Below are positions 1 to 31,349 of a stretch of DNA of 64,000 bases, piece by piece; the first letter of the stretch is position 1, and each line of letters begins with the position of its first letter. The notes under the pieces were generated by a model. It did no database searches, was not told the DNA's origin, and saw only the letters and a list, made by a program, of their open reading frames with translations. Source of the DNA: Paraspadella gotoi (lineage: Eukaryota; Animalia; Chaetognatha); the NCBI GenBank assembly GCA_051294375.1, contig CM119269.1, forward strand, positions 11,816,809 through 11,880,808, written 5' to 3'. The position numbers and the translations under genes are program-made.

Positions 1-3000
1 ATTAGGGGAGAGGCACAGAGTTGAACAGAGGTTTTTTAGGGTTAGGGTTGGGAGAGGAGCCCGTAGGTGATGTTCATCCCCGTGTTAGCTGCGCTTTTTA
101 TAATATTCGCTACTTTTATCACTGGCGAGGTCGCCAGTGGAGGTACTGGCGACATCGCCAAAGCCCTTGCGATATCGCCATGGCGAAGTCGCCAACCAAC
201 TAGAACCACTTATTTTTTAATAATTTTTAAAAAAAAATTGTTATCAAACTTTGTAAATAGGTAATTTAAAACAAGTCTAACATAACTAAATAAAAAAATG
301 AAATTAGTATATTTAACACCTCCGTTTTAATTATATATATATTTAATTGTCTTTAACATCTATCAAAAAGGTAAAAATGTGATCGATTTTGATGGGGTTT
401 TTTTAACAGATAGAGTAGATGATAATTAACCCATCTAGGTTCAAATTGATTAATTTTAAGTTCTTAGCTGCGGAGGGGGTAAACAGGAGTGTTAAACATA
501 CCTAATTATTATTTTTATTTTAATCTTGTCAAGCTTGTTCTATTTAACCTATTTACAAAGTTTGATAATAATTAAAAAAATAGACGATTGTTTTTAACAT
601 CTATTTAAAAGCACAAAATATGATCCAATTTGATGGGATTTTTTTTAACAGATAGAACCGATGATAATATGACCCGTCCAGGAAGTTTGTTCAAATTGAT
701 TAATTTAAGCGCTTGGCTGCGTACATTATTGACGAGCAACTTCAACATCATGAAAAGGGGTGCTAAACGTTATAAATTATTTTTTACAGATTCTTGTTAA
801 GCCTGATTAAATGAACCTTCCTACCATGTTTTATAAAACTTTTTAAAAATAATTCAAAAGAAATCCTGATTTTCATATTTTTAAGAGACGAACTACTTCA
901 ACATCCTTTAAGAAGGTGAAGATATGCTCCGATTTCAAAAAAAAAAATTAAAAATTCTTTAAATATCATAAAGAATATACATATAAATTTTTATTCAATT
1001 CTATTGATAAATAAAAAAATGGCTGCACTTCATATGTTGACTAGACACTTCAATATCCTCAAATTACGTTGTTAAGAAGCTGTGTACCAAATTTTGTGCT
1101 GGTATCATAAAAATAACTATTCTTTTGCCTAACTTCCTTAAGGTCCGGGATCACTCAATTCAAATTATAATTAGGCAAACCGAGCTCGGATTCGAAAGGA
1201 GAGCTCCTGACGATTCCGAAAATGTATTACTTTACTATTATTTCAAAGGCGTTATCGTTTTTTTCGATTTTTTTTGTACATATAAAAATAAAAGAAACCT
1301 ATTTGAAGAGTTGCAGCCCAAACGGTAAGGCGGTTCTCATGAAATTTGGCATGGATTACTTTTAGGTGACGAACTCCAATTCTATGAAAAGATACTTTCA
1401 AAATTTGCCTTCCTTCATAGAAAATTCGATTATTTTAGTCAATTTTTGAGATAAATTCCTTGATATCTTTGAAACAAAAAAACATTTTTCCAAAAACGCG
1501 CTCATAGAATCTCCCCCACCTTTCCTTTCTTCTAGAAGAGTCCTATGGTTTGAGCTGCAACTCTTCGTTTTAACTTCACTTCGTCAAGAAAGTAAAATTC
1601 TGTACTCATTACTTTTGTAAGATTCACCACAACATACACAAGCACGGGATGTGATGATGGAGTTTGTTCAACGCCGATGTCTTAAAAAAATGGCTTACTG
1701 TTTTTAATTTTTTAATTCAGATTGGATTTTTTTTCAGANNNNNNNNNNNNNNNNNNNNNNNNNCAAACTTTGTAAATAGGTTAAATAGAACAAGCTTGAC
1801 AAGATTAAAATAAAAATAATAAAATTAGGTATGTTTAACACTCCTGTTTACCCCCTCCGCAGCTAAGAACTTAAAATTAATCAATTTGAACCTAGATGGG
1901 TTAATTATCATCTACTCTATCTGTTAAAAAAACCCCATCAAAATCGGATCACATTTTTACCTTTTTGATAGATGTTAAAGACAATTAAATATATATATAA
2001 TTAAAACCGGAGGTGTTAAATATACTAATTTCATTTTTTTATTTTAGTTATGTTAGACTTGTTTTAAATTACCTATTTACAAAGTTTGATAACAATTTTT
2101 TTTTAAAAATTATTAAAAAATAAGTGGTTCTAGTTGGTNNNNNNNNNNTCCCGGACCTTAAGGAAGTTAGGCAAAAGAATAGTTATTTTTATGATACCAG
2201 CACCAAATTTGGTACACAGCTTCTTAACAACGTAATTTGAGGATATTGAAGTGTCTAGTCAACATATGAAGTGCAGCCATTTTTTTATTTATCAATAGAA
2301 TTGAATAAAAATTTATATGTATATTCTTTATGATATTTAAAGAATTTTTAATTTTTTTTTTTGAAATCGGAGCATATCTTCACCTTCTTAAAGGATGTTG
2401 AAGTAGTTCGTCTCTTAAAAATATGAAAATCAGGATTTCTTTTGAATTATTTTTTAAAAGTTTATAAAACATGGTAGGAAGGTTCATTTAATCAGGCTTA
2501 ACAAGAATCTGTAAAAAATAATTTATAACGTTTAGCACCCCTCTTCATGATGTTGAAGTTGCTCGTCAATAATGTACGCAGCCAAGCGCTTAAAATTAAT
2601 CAATTTGAACAAACTTCCTGGACGGGTCAATTATCATCGGTTCTATCTGTTAAAAAAAATCCCATCAAAATTGGATCATATTTTGGCCTTTTAAATAGAT
2701 GTTAAAAACAATCGTCTAATTTTTTTAATTATTATCAAACTTTGTAAATAGGTTAAATAGAACAAGCTTGACAAGATTAAAATAAAAATAATAAAATTAG
2801 GTATGTTTAACACTCCTGTTTACCCCCTCCGCAGCTAAGAACTTAAAATTAATCAATTTGAACCTAGATGGGTTAATTATCATCTACTCTATCTGTTAAA
2901 AAAACCCCATCAAAATCGGATCACATTTTTACCTTTTTGATAGATGTTAAAGACAATTAAATATATATATAATTAAAACCGGAGGTGTTAAATATACTAA

Positions 3001-3307
3001 TTTCATTTTTTTATTTTAGTTATGTTAGACTTGTTTTAAATTACCTATTTACAAAGTTTGATAACAATTTTTTTTTAAAAATTATTAAAAAATAAGTGGT
3101 TCTAGTTGGTTGGCGACTTCGCCATGGCGATATCGCAAGGGCTTTGGCGATGTCGCCAGTACCTCCACTGGCGACCTCGCCAGTGATAAAAGTAGCGAAT
3201 ATTATAAAAAGCGCAGCTAACACGGGGATGAACATCACCTACGGGCTCCTCTCCCAACCCTAACCCTAAACCAAACCTCCTGTTCAACTCTGTGCCTCTC
3301 CCCTAAT
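1..3307. repeat. Large near-identical inverted duplication (1-1150 vs 2149-3307), plus a gap-bounded direct duplicate (1764-2138 = ~2736-3110)
   Basis: Mirror ORFs 67..264(+) and 3041..3238(-) encode identical peptides. The arms differ mainly by single-base indels, and the boundaries abut N gaps. Confidence 0.85.
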
Positions 3308-4220
3308 CCTAACCTTGGCCTCGGCCTTCCGTACATCTCCGTGTCTCAACCCTAATCCTAACCGCCTTCTATGCATCAACCACGGGCCCCACACTCAACC
3401 CTAAACCGAGCCTCCCGTTCAACTCTGTGCCTCTCCCCTAACCCTAACCCAGGCCTGGGCCTCCTGTACATCTCCGTGCCTCAACCCTAACCCTAACCGC
3501 CTTCGATGCATCAACCATGGGCCCCTCCCCCAACCCTAACCCAACTCCATGCCTCTCCGCTAACCCTAACCCAGGCCCGGCCTCCCGTACGTCTCGTACC
3601 TCAACCCTAACCCTAATCGCCTTGGATATATAACCCACGGGCCTCTCTCCCAACCCTAACCCTAAACCGGGCTCAGGCCTCCCGTACATCTCCGTGCCTC
3701 AACCCTAATGTCCTTTGTCAGTACCTTCCCTAAGCCTAACCCTAACGCGGGTCTCCTAGTCATCAACAATACCCTCCCGACCCCTATTCCTAAAATTGAC
3801 ATTAATATTAAGCCTAAAATAAACATAACTCAACCCTAACCCTAAACTACTCAACCCTAACCCTAATCTGAGTATTGTTTAGGCGAAATCGCCATAACTA
3901 GAATGCTAAATGTAGTTCACAGCTAAATCGCAAAATGACGAGGGGGTTACACAGAGGCTCGAATTAAAAGCACCACCCTGCAAAATTCCCTAACTCCTCA
4001 TTCACCCTGCCAATCAAATATACACAGAGGCTCAAATTATAAGCACCACCCTACTAAATTCCTAACTCCTCATTCGCCCTGCCTATCATGGTCATGGCTA
4101 AGTCGCAATTTGACAATTTAGCACTGAACTACATTTAGCATTATAGTTATGGCGATTTTGCCTAAACTAAACTCAGATTAGGGTTAGGGTTGAGATGGTT
4201 TAGGGTTAGGGTTGAGTTGG
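3240..4220. repeat. Telomere-motif (CCCTAA/TTAGGG)-containing satellite, with an inverted repeat ~3825-3935 / ~4100-4220
   Basis: AACCCTAACCCTAA recurs inside ~40-80 bp GC-rich units. ctcaaccctaaccctaatctgag...gctaaatgtagttca is mirrored by tgaactacatttagc...ctcagattagggttagggttgag. Confidence 0.75.
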
Positions 4221-4260
4221 TTTATGGCCATCTGAAATAATTAAATCTTTTACAGAAATA

Positions 4261-4344
4261 ATTATCCCCCACCTGGGATTCGAACCTTCGAACTCAGGAC
4301 TGATCAGCATCGAGTTACAACTCTTTGCCAACCAGTCAGCCTGA
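4261..4344 (-). mobile_element. tRNA-derived SINE-like head or tRNA pseudogene
   Basis: The minus strand has a B-box GGTTCGAATCCC and a weak A-box (TGGTTGGCAAAG). There is no clean cloverleaf. Confidence 0.45.
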
Positions 4345-4981
4345 TTTTTCCCCTGATAAAATCGATTCTTATAACTTTAAATCAGATTTCGATGCCTTTT
4401 GTTTTCAACCAAAAGTAAGAGTTATGCTTTAAAACTGCAGATGGCTTGGCGCCTTTTAAATGATAGATTTAAACTCCAGTAAAAGGGGGGAAAGAAGGAG
4501 GGGAAAAGAGAGAAAGAAAAAGAAAGGAACAGAAGGGTATAAAGTTAGGGGAAGAAAGACTAAAAGAGATTAGGATAGAAAAAAGATTGGGGTTGATAAT
4601 AAAAAAGGAAAAAAAAACATTGAAAAAATGGAGAAAAGAGAGAGGGGGGAAAATATGGCGAGAAAGGGAGAGGAGTGGAATAAGAGAGGACAGGAAAAAA
4701 ATACTTTTCTTTCAAAAAATAAAAGATTTCCTAAAAAATAATAAAAAAATCGTATTTGAAAATTAACCGAATTTAGCCGTTAAAATAAATACATTAATGG
4801 TTAAGTTAAAATTATAATTAACCGTTTATAACCATTAACTTTTAACGGTTATCGGAACACTAAATATGACCAAGTTATGAAACTTTTTTTTAAAAAATTT
4901 AGGCCTATTTTTAAGTGGTTTACAATAATCCGATTTTGAATTTAAACCCAGTGGGCAATAGACCTACGTTTAGACTATTTT

Positions 4982-5310
4982 ATGAAATTGGTACAACCTA
5001 TATAAAAATTATCCATTCATTTAATAAATAAGCTATCTTGCCCCTGACTTTGGACAGGCTTTGGTGGTTTAAGGCCTCCATCACTTTTCCAAGATAATGA
5101 CATAGCAGGTCCCTGCAAGCTTTCAATCAAGACTTTCTCACAGTCTCGTTTATTCACTCCCAGAGTACCTGGCTTCCCTATCAATGAAGTGGAAAATATT
5201 TCAAAGAATGTTTCAATTGTATGAAAAGACCACTCCCTTAAGTATTAGATCGGAGAATACTTATTGTACTCCGCACTAGGATCAAAATACAAGGATCTGA
5301 ACTTTATGTT
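4982..5310. repeat. Dispersed ~330-bp repeat (other copies 7079-7410 and 7410-7580 in tandem, ~29870-30131 inverted, fragments near 55730 and 63440)
   Basis: All copies share gaaattggtacaacc...cttgcccctgactttggacaggctttggtggtttaaggcctccatcac. Confidence 0.85.
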
Positions 5311-5483
5311 AAAATATCAGCACATTGGACATCAAAATAGAAGAATTATTTCATCCCTGGAAAAAGGAGACGCTACGCTTCGAATACTATATTTAAATAA
5401 TATTAAGATTAAGGTAGTTAATCAAGAGGAAAGGTAGTTTTCGTATTAAATCGAAAAGAATTAAGAACGCCGTCGCAACTCAC

Positions 5484-17338
<11,855 letters not shown>

Positions 17339-17364
17339 GACTTCCGGTTAGGTTTAGAAAATAA

Positions 17365-17425
17365 AGAGGGGGCGGAGGGGCGTTGCCGATGGGCGTGGCC
17401 AATGGACGTGGCCGATGGGCGATCT
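17365..17425. promoter_or_regulatory. GC-box/CCAAT-like cluster just upstream of the SDR start codon
   Basis: gggggcggagggg and gggcgtggccaat in an otherwise AT-rich context. Confidence 0.3.
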
Positions 17426-18139
17426 TCTTTTTTTCGTTAATAATTCAGATTCGATCGGAGAGAAAATAAAAGAGAAATCAACTTAAGAAAAACATTCTCG
17501 TCGTCGTCGTCGTCTTCGTCCTCGCACGATATGAGAGAAGACAATGTGCGAACGGCTTGTGTGATATGTGCATGTGTGCAATGTGTGCATGTGATGTTTC
17601 TTTTAACAAAGACTAAGGAGGGCGGATCGATAAGAAATGAGACGAAGGGCAAAAAGATTGTCTCTTTTGAGACACGCGAGATATCGGAAGCGATCAGATG
17701 CGAAATCGGCATTTATCAGATGCCGACATATGCCGGACGGATGCCGAACGATATATTTCAAAGAAATTGGATATGTAATATGTATGCATATGTCTGTCGA
17801 GTCAAGAGACCAACTGAAATTTTTTTAAAAATCTCAAAATGAGAATTGTAATATCTGAAAAACTGAAAATATAACTGAAAAAGAGTCAAATGATGATGTT
17901 TACATTTGAAACTAATTGTCAAATAGTAAATATATCAAAAATAAATAAATAAATATATAAATAAAATACTGGAAGAAATGATGAATGGAATAAAATGAAA
18001 TAATGAAAGTTGAGCAAACAAAGTCAAGTCACAACAATGATCGTGTGAAAGGTCACGACTGCGGAAAATCACAAGTCACAAGCGACAACGACGACGACGA
18101 CGACGACGACGACGAAAAGAGTCACAATGAAGGTCAAGG

Positions 18140-18250
18140 ACTCATAATTTCGCGCGCGACGCAACCGACGAGCGATGCACGTCACTTCCGGCGCGACGGT
18201 TGCATCGTGGCAGGTGGCGACACTTTTATTTTAAAAATTCTCGCGGCTGG
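18140..18250. promoter_or_regulatory. CpG-rich promoter-like patch (E2F-, CRE- and ETS-like motifs)
   Basis: TTTCGCGC, ACGTCA and CACTTCCGG are clustered. These are motif matches only. Confidence 0.25.
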
Positions 18251-18868
18251 AAAAGCGTCTATGTCTAAGAACAAAAATAATGATAAATGAATAAAAAATA
18301 GAAGAATTTAAAAATTGGCAAGGCGGCTAGGATTGAGACTTGGAAGGCTCGAGAAAAAGCTTACTTGGAATGGAAAGCAGTTAAGAAAATTGCTTGGTTG
18401 GAAAAATTATAAAAAAAAGAGAGAAAAGATGAGAAATATCACAAAGACGAAGAATGATGTTATGAAATAGTAATTCTTTTAGTTAAATAACTCTCATACT
18501 TATATTTAAAAACACTATAATTTTTAAACCGACTCGGACGCCCTTGATCACAATGCCGCGTGTGAGAAGAAAAAGACAACGACAACTACGACAACGACGA
18601 CATGAATTATCGACGAACATAACAAATCGATAATTTCAAGGCTTTTTTGTTCTAGAAAAGAAGAAAATAATGTGCGAATATGAAAATCGTTATTTTAGTT
18701 TATCATTATTAAAGAAAAATAACTTCTCGTGAATAAACACTACACAGTTAAACAGTTTGCGAGGTCACATTTATTGTAACTCCATTCATAATACTTTTAT
18801 CATCCCACAATGAGAATTTGTTTCAACAGAAAAAAAAAAGTATAATAAGTTTGAGTTTCAAAAATTCG

Positions 18869-25980
<7,112 letters not shown>

Positions 25981-26056
25981 CTACGTGATTGGTTGATTGA
26001 TTGATTAACCTTTTTAAATTGATTTGTTACGAAATCTTTTATGAACAAATTAGTAG

Positions 26057-26111
<55 letters not shown>

Positions 26112-26225
26112 CGAGAGGAGAGGAGAAAGAAAGAGAAAGAAAGAGAGAGAGAGAGAAAGAGAGAGATAATTTTTTTAAAATAGAGATGATCCTTGGAGAG
26201 AGTGAGAGAGAGAGAGAGAGAAGAA

Positions 26226-26261
<36 letters not shown>

Positions 26262-26283
26262 AGAAAGAAAGAAAGAAAGAAAA

Positions 26284-26323
<40 letters not shown>

Positions 26324-26810
26324 AAACCTTATAAGCGTTTTTATTCGTATGCAACAAGGTTGATTTAGTACAAAAAACAAACAAAACATTCATACATAAG
26401 TCTGAAAAATGCGTTTAAAATAAGGGGGAGAGAGAAAAAATAATAATGATAATAAAGTAGTAACGGTAAACAATATTTAAAATTGTTTTCATGTCGTAAA
26501 AAATGGAATCAAGCCCTTAAGAATGGAATTTTTTAGGGAATAAATCTTAGAAATACAATTCTTTCTCAAATTGTTAAACATAGTCATGACCAAACAAGTT
26601 CACGAATATGCCTAATTAAAAAAAACTATTAAAAATAATTTAATAAATTTATTTTTTAATTTCATACATTAGTGGGCACCAATGAGTTAAATTTATATAT
26701 AGTAATAGATATATAATGGCTAAAATTTTTAAATTTTAAGATTGGATTTGGATTCCTTGCAAAAAGTTAATATATGAAAGTATGATTCTTTTTTAAAAAT
26801 TCCTTCATTA

Positions 26811-26841
<31 letters not shown>

Positions 26842-26896
26842 GTTGGTCAAAAATCTAAAAAACTATATTTAAGATGCCGATTTTTAATTTCGAGCT

Positions 26897-29619
26897 TGTG
26901 GATAAGGCGCTACGTGGGCTGAAGATGACTGTCCGTAACTTCTATAACCCCCTCTCATGAGCCACCGGGTCACAACTGAAAGTGTCATGATTCTAGGCGG
27001 GGTGAACCTAGGCAATGCCCGACTACATGCCCCCCAGCAGAGATGTGGAAGCGATCGATTTTTCCGCCGCTGCCAATCCGGCGCTTCCAAGACCCCTCCC
27101 GCTCCCGTTTTCGGGTGCAATCCTTACTTTTTTAGCCCGGATCGCTTTCGGTTTCGAGTGCACATCGCTTCCTTCCTTTAAAAATTTTACATTTGACAGA
27201 TTTGTTATTATTTATAAAAATACTCTCTTTAGACATGTAATTCATTGGTAGAATAATTTTAAATAATCTTTTTTGTTAACAAATAACAAGTGAAATTTTT
27301 ACTATGAAAAATTGTAAGATTTGTAAGAATCGTTCAAGTGGAAATGAGTTTAAATGAAAAAAACAAAAAACCTATTTCCCTATTTGCTTTTTTCTTTTTT
27401 ATTAAATGTAAATACAAGCTGCATTAATTATTCAATTAATCAATTAATTGATCAATCAATCAATTAACTAAATAACTAATCAATCAAAATCACTTAAAAA
27501 ATTAATGAATCAAATCAATCAATTAATTAATCAATTAATTTATCAATAAACCAATTAATAAATTTATTTATCAATAAATTATTAAAAAAACTAATTAATT
27601 AATCAATCAATTAATCAATCAATTAAACAATATCAGTGTTATCATTGTCATCTCCAACGTTGTTGTTGCTGTTGTTGTTGTTGTCCTGGTCAGTGACCTG
27701 ACAAAAAGACCTAATATAACAGGCCTGATATGAATTTCTTTTATTTGATCAATCAATCATTCAATTAATCATGACGGTGTTATCCTCGTTGTCATCATAA
27801 TCATCATCATGGTCGTCATTTCTTTTGTCATAATGAAAAGATAAAAAAACAAACAAGTTTGAGCTAACAATGCCAGACCAGATCAGTAAATTAATTATGC
27901 AATCAATTAATCAAATATTCAATCAATCAATCAAAAAATTAAGCAATCAATCAATTTGTCATCGTCGGTGTTATTATTGTCGTAGTCGCCATCATTAATT
28001 ATTTAATTAATTAATTGAAATTTTTTTATAATGTTTGCGGTAACTCAAAACAAAAATTGATAGAAAAATTTCAGGCGTGTTTTTTGTAATAAAAAAAACT
28101 GGTATTATCAAAAACAGTAAAAAAGCAAATGATAAAAATAATAACAACAACTAGTATTTACATTGGCTGAGAAAAAGGTCAGCCATAACAAGATTGGGTA
28201 AGAACAGGTCATTCTTATTGACCACTACTGTACTACGGGTCACAAAGTACAAAGACTTCGTCGTCGTTTTCGTCATTGTATTCGTCGTCATTGTCGTCTT
28301 TGTTCAAATCATTTGAGCTCCCAAATGTTCGATATTATTTTTTTAATTAATCAATATGTAATTAATTAAATAATTTTTTTTTCAATTGATTAATTAATTA
28401 ATTATCGCTAATGATCGTGGGCAGATCCAGCATTGTTTGCTCAAACTTGTTTATTAATAATTTTGATTTAATTATTTTATATATATTTTTTTTATTTGCT
28501 TTTTTGTTCAGTACAAGAGGGAAAAAAGAAAGAAGATAGAGAGAGAGTGTGTGTGTTAGAGATTTAAGTATTTATAAGCATAATATTATGCAATATTGCC
28601 AATAAAACAGATCAATCCTTTTGGTTCAAACTTGTTTGTAACATGAAAAACGTTATGGATTTTAAAAAAAGTAGACTTAAATTTAAAAAAAAAAATACAA
28701 GAAATAAAATTTTTAGTTTTATAGAATTAAAAAGTTTAATTTAAATTTTAATTTAACTTAATTACAGTTTTTTTCAGATAGAAAAAATCTTTTGTTCAGC
28801 TCAGATTTTATTTCAATATATTAAAAAGAATAATTAAAAAAAATAAATATGTAATTTTTTTCATAGATTCTCGACCAAAGAGGAAGAGAGAATAAAAGAA
28901 AACAAAAAAATAAAGAAGAGAATAAGAAAAAGTGAATAAAAAAATTAGGAGCAAACAATTTTAAATGTTGAAAACAAATTTTTAAAAGAAAAATCAAGAA
29001 AGAGCAGGGGGTTGCAAAGATTTTAATACATTAAATACCTTTCAGTTCTAACCAATAAAAACAAATGACCAGGAAGCGAACACGCAGGTTATTATAGCTT
29101 CCGGGTTCAATCCTTTATTCTCAATTTTTCTATCCTTCCCGGTTTCGGGTTCTTCAAAAATCGGCCGCTTCCACAGTGTTCGGTTTCGCTTTCCGGATCG
29201 CGTCCACATCTCTGCCCCCCAGATTGTAACCCACCCTGCACTGCTTCCAGTGGAGGGAGGGGAGCAATCTTCAGCAAGACCAAGGGCCTGGAATCAGAAG
29301 GTTGGAATACGCTCGACAGGATGGGCTCACCAGTGTGGATAAGGCGCTACGTGGGCTGAAGATGACTGTCCGTAACTTCTATAACCCCCTCTAGCAGCCA
29401 TGGAACGGGTCCCTGGGCTTGGAACCAGGCTTGAGGGTTTGCCATGCCCCCAAGGCAGCTTACGGCCATCCTTACGCTTCCCGCAGGGTAGGTACTGGGT
29501 TGGGATTGAACCCGGTACCTAGTGGTCATGAGCTGATGGCTTTACTCAATGAGCCACCGGGTCACAACTGAAAGTGTTATGATTCTAGGCGGGGTGAACC
29601 TAGGCAATGCCCGACTACA
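26897..29619 (-). mobile_element. Family-A twister-bearing TRIM / LTR retrozyme: 5' LTR 29619-29334, internally deleted 3' LTR 27027-26897, ~121-bp native internal region, interrupted by a hAT MITE
   Basis: TG...CA LTR ends and AGCT TSD (26893-96 / 29620-23). PBS TGGTGAGCCC follows the 5' LTR, and a G-rich PPT (TGGGGGGCA) precedes the 3' LTR. Confidence 0.88.
27038..29214. mobile_element. Non-autonomous hAT element
   Basis: TIRs CAGAGATGTGGA(A)GCGATC / GATCGCGTCCACATCTCTG. The 8-bp TSD CCCCCCAG is at 27030-37 and 29215-22. Confidence 0.88.
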
Positions 29620-30967
29620 AGCTTAAAAATATAGTTTTTTATAATTTTAACTTACTTAATAACATAATTTTTGAAAAAGATTTATATTTTCTTTTAACAA
29701 CTTTTAACAAGGAATCTGAATCTGTTCTCAGAATTTAAAAAAAAACATTTTGAGATTTTGACATTATATAAGGGTAGTACTATATACAAAATAAGCTGAC
29801 TGGGCTACTATATTCATAAAAAAAGAAAAATAACTATAGATTAGTATTCACTAATATAAGGGAGTGGTCTTAAGGGAGTGGTCTTTTCATACAATTGAAA
29901 CATTCTTTGAAATATTATACCACTTCATTGATAGGGAAGCCAGGTTCACTGGGAGTGAATAAATAAGACTGTGAGAGAGTCTTGATTGAAAGCTTGCAGA
30001 AACCTGCTATGTTATTATCTTGTAAGTGTGATGGAGGCCTTAAACCACCAAAGCCTGTCCAAAGTCAGGGACAAGATAGCTTATTTATTAAATGAATGGA
30101 TCATTTTTATATTGGTTTTACCAATTTCATAATAGTTTTCAAGATATAACTGCTAAATATGGATTCCAAACTTTCACTTCACCCTACTAACCATAATCCC
30201 TTTTCCTAATCACTAATATAATCACTAGCTTAATCCCTAACCTAATCTTTAACCCGAATTTCGAACCCAAACTTAAAAAATTAACCTAATTCCGAATTTA
30301 AGATGGAATTGGGGTTCCGTTAACCGTTAATTTTTTAGGAATTTTGCTTAACCGTTAAAACTAACATTAACTGTTAAAATCGATAAATTTTATAATTTAA
30401 CTTTAGATTTAAGTGAAACGAAATTTTTTGAAACAACAATGTAATTTTATTTTAGAAAAAATTGGACATGTTTCGGCTCAGATTTCGGAACTTGTTTCAC
30501 GAAAATTTTGTTTCACTTAAATCTAAAACAACAAAAAGGCTTAACACAATGTCTAATTTAACTTTAAAATTTAAAATATTGTTATTCAAATCAAACTAAA
30601 GTATTTCATGGTATTTTATCTTTTACTCTTACTCCTGAATCTTCTTTATCTTCTATTTCAGATAGATTAGGTAATTTAGCTAATCAGATAATGCATACAA
30701 AACTTTTTTTTTTGCCTCATAGCTAGTCTGGCAAGCTTCCTATAGGACAGGTTGGAATATCTTTTCAAAACCATGGGAATATTACCTTGGTACCAAAATA
30801 AGAGATTTGAGATAGAACGATAGTTCGTAATAAAAATCGGGTTACTCCAATATGCAAATGAGATTAACATTTCACAGTAATATTCTAATTTGATAAAAAC
30901 TTATTAATATTATCTAAAAATTGGAAGACGTTTTTAATGTTTTTCTACAACGACTTTATTTGTAAAA

Positions 30968-31009
30968 AACGTACATATTTCGGCTTACATACAAGCCTTC
31001 TTCAGCGTT
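30968..31009 (-). ncRNA. Minimal hammerhead ribozyme (Penelope-type)
   Basis: Minus strand: AACG-CTGAAGA-A-GGCTT-GTATGT-AAGCC-GAAA-TATG-TA-CGTT. Confidence 0.7.
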
Positions 31010-31349
31010 AACAAATTATTTGTGAATTTTTAAATTGATTTGTTCAAATTCAAATTCAAATTCAAATTCAACATCAAATTCTACTTTATTGTATTTGTTT
31101 ACTGTCTGTTTATTCTGCATAATCTCCATCAATTATCGTTATCTCCTCGTGTGTTTAATGTTAATAAAACTTCTCTAACTTCTCCTCAATTTTACCACGC
31201 CTACTTCCTTCAATGACAGTTAAAATAAATATATTAACGGTTAGGTTAAAATTATTTTTAACCGTTAATAACCGTTAACTGTTATCGGTTATCGTAACCC
31301 TAGATGGAATAGGGCGTCCTGAGAAAATAAGGCCTATAAAGGATATATT

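Noticed and set aside
3240-3870. True chromosome end
   Set aside because: CCCTAA occurs only as short, interrupted runs within a satellite, with genic and repeat DNA on both sides.
29347-29529. Repeated 60-aa ORF (also 34041-34223) and ORF 62366-62632
   Set aside because: These are incidental frames across non-coding LTR/ribozyme sequence, and they are not conserved between families.
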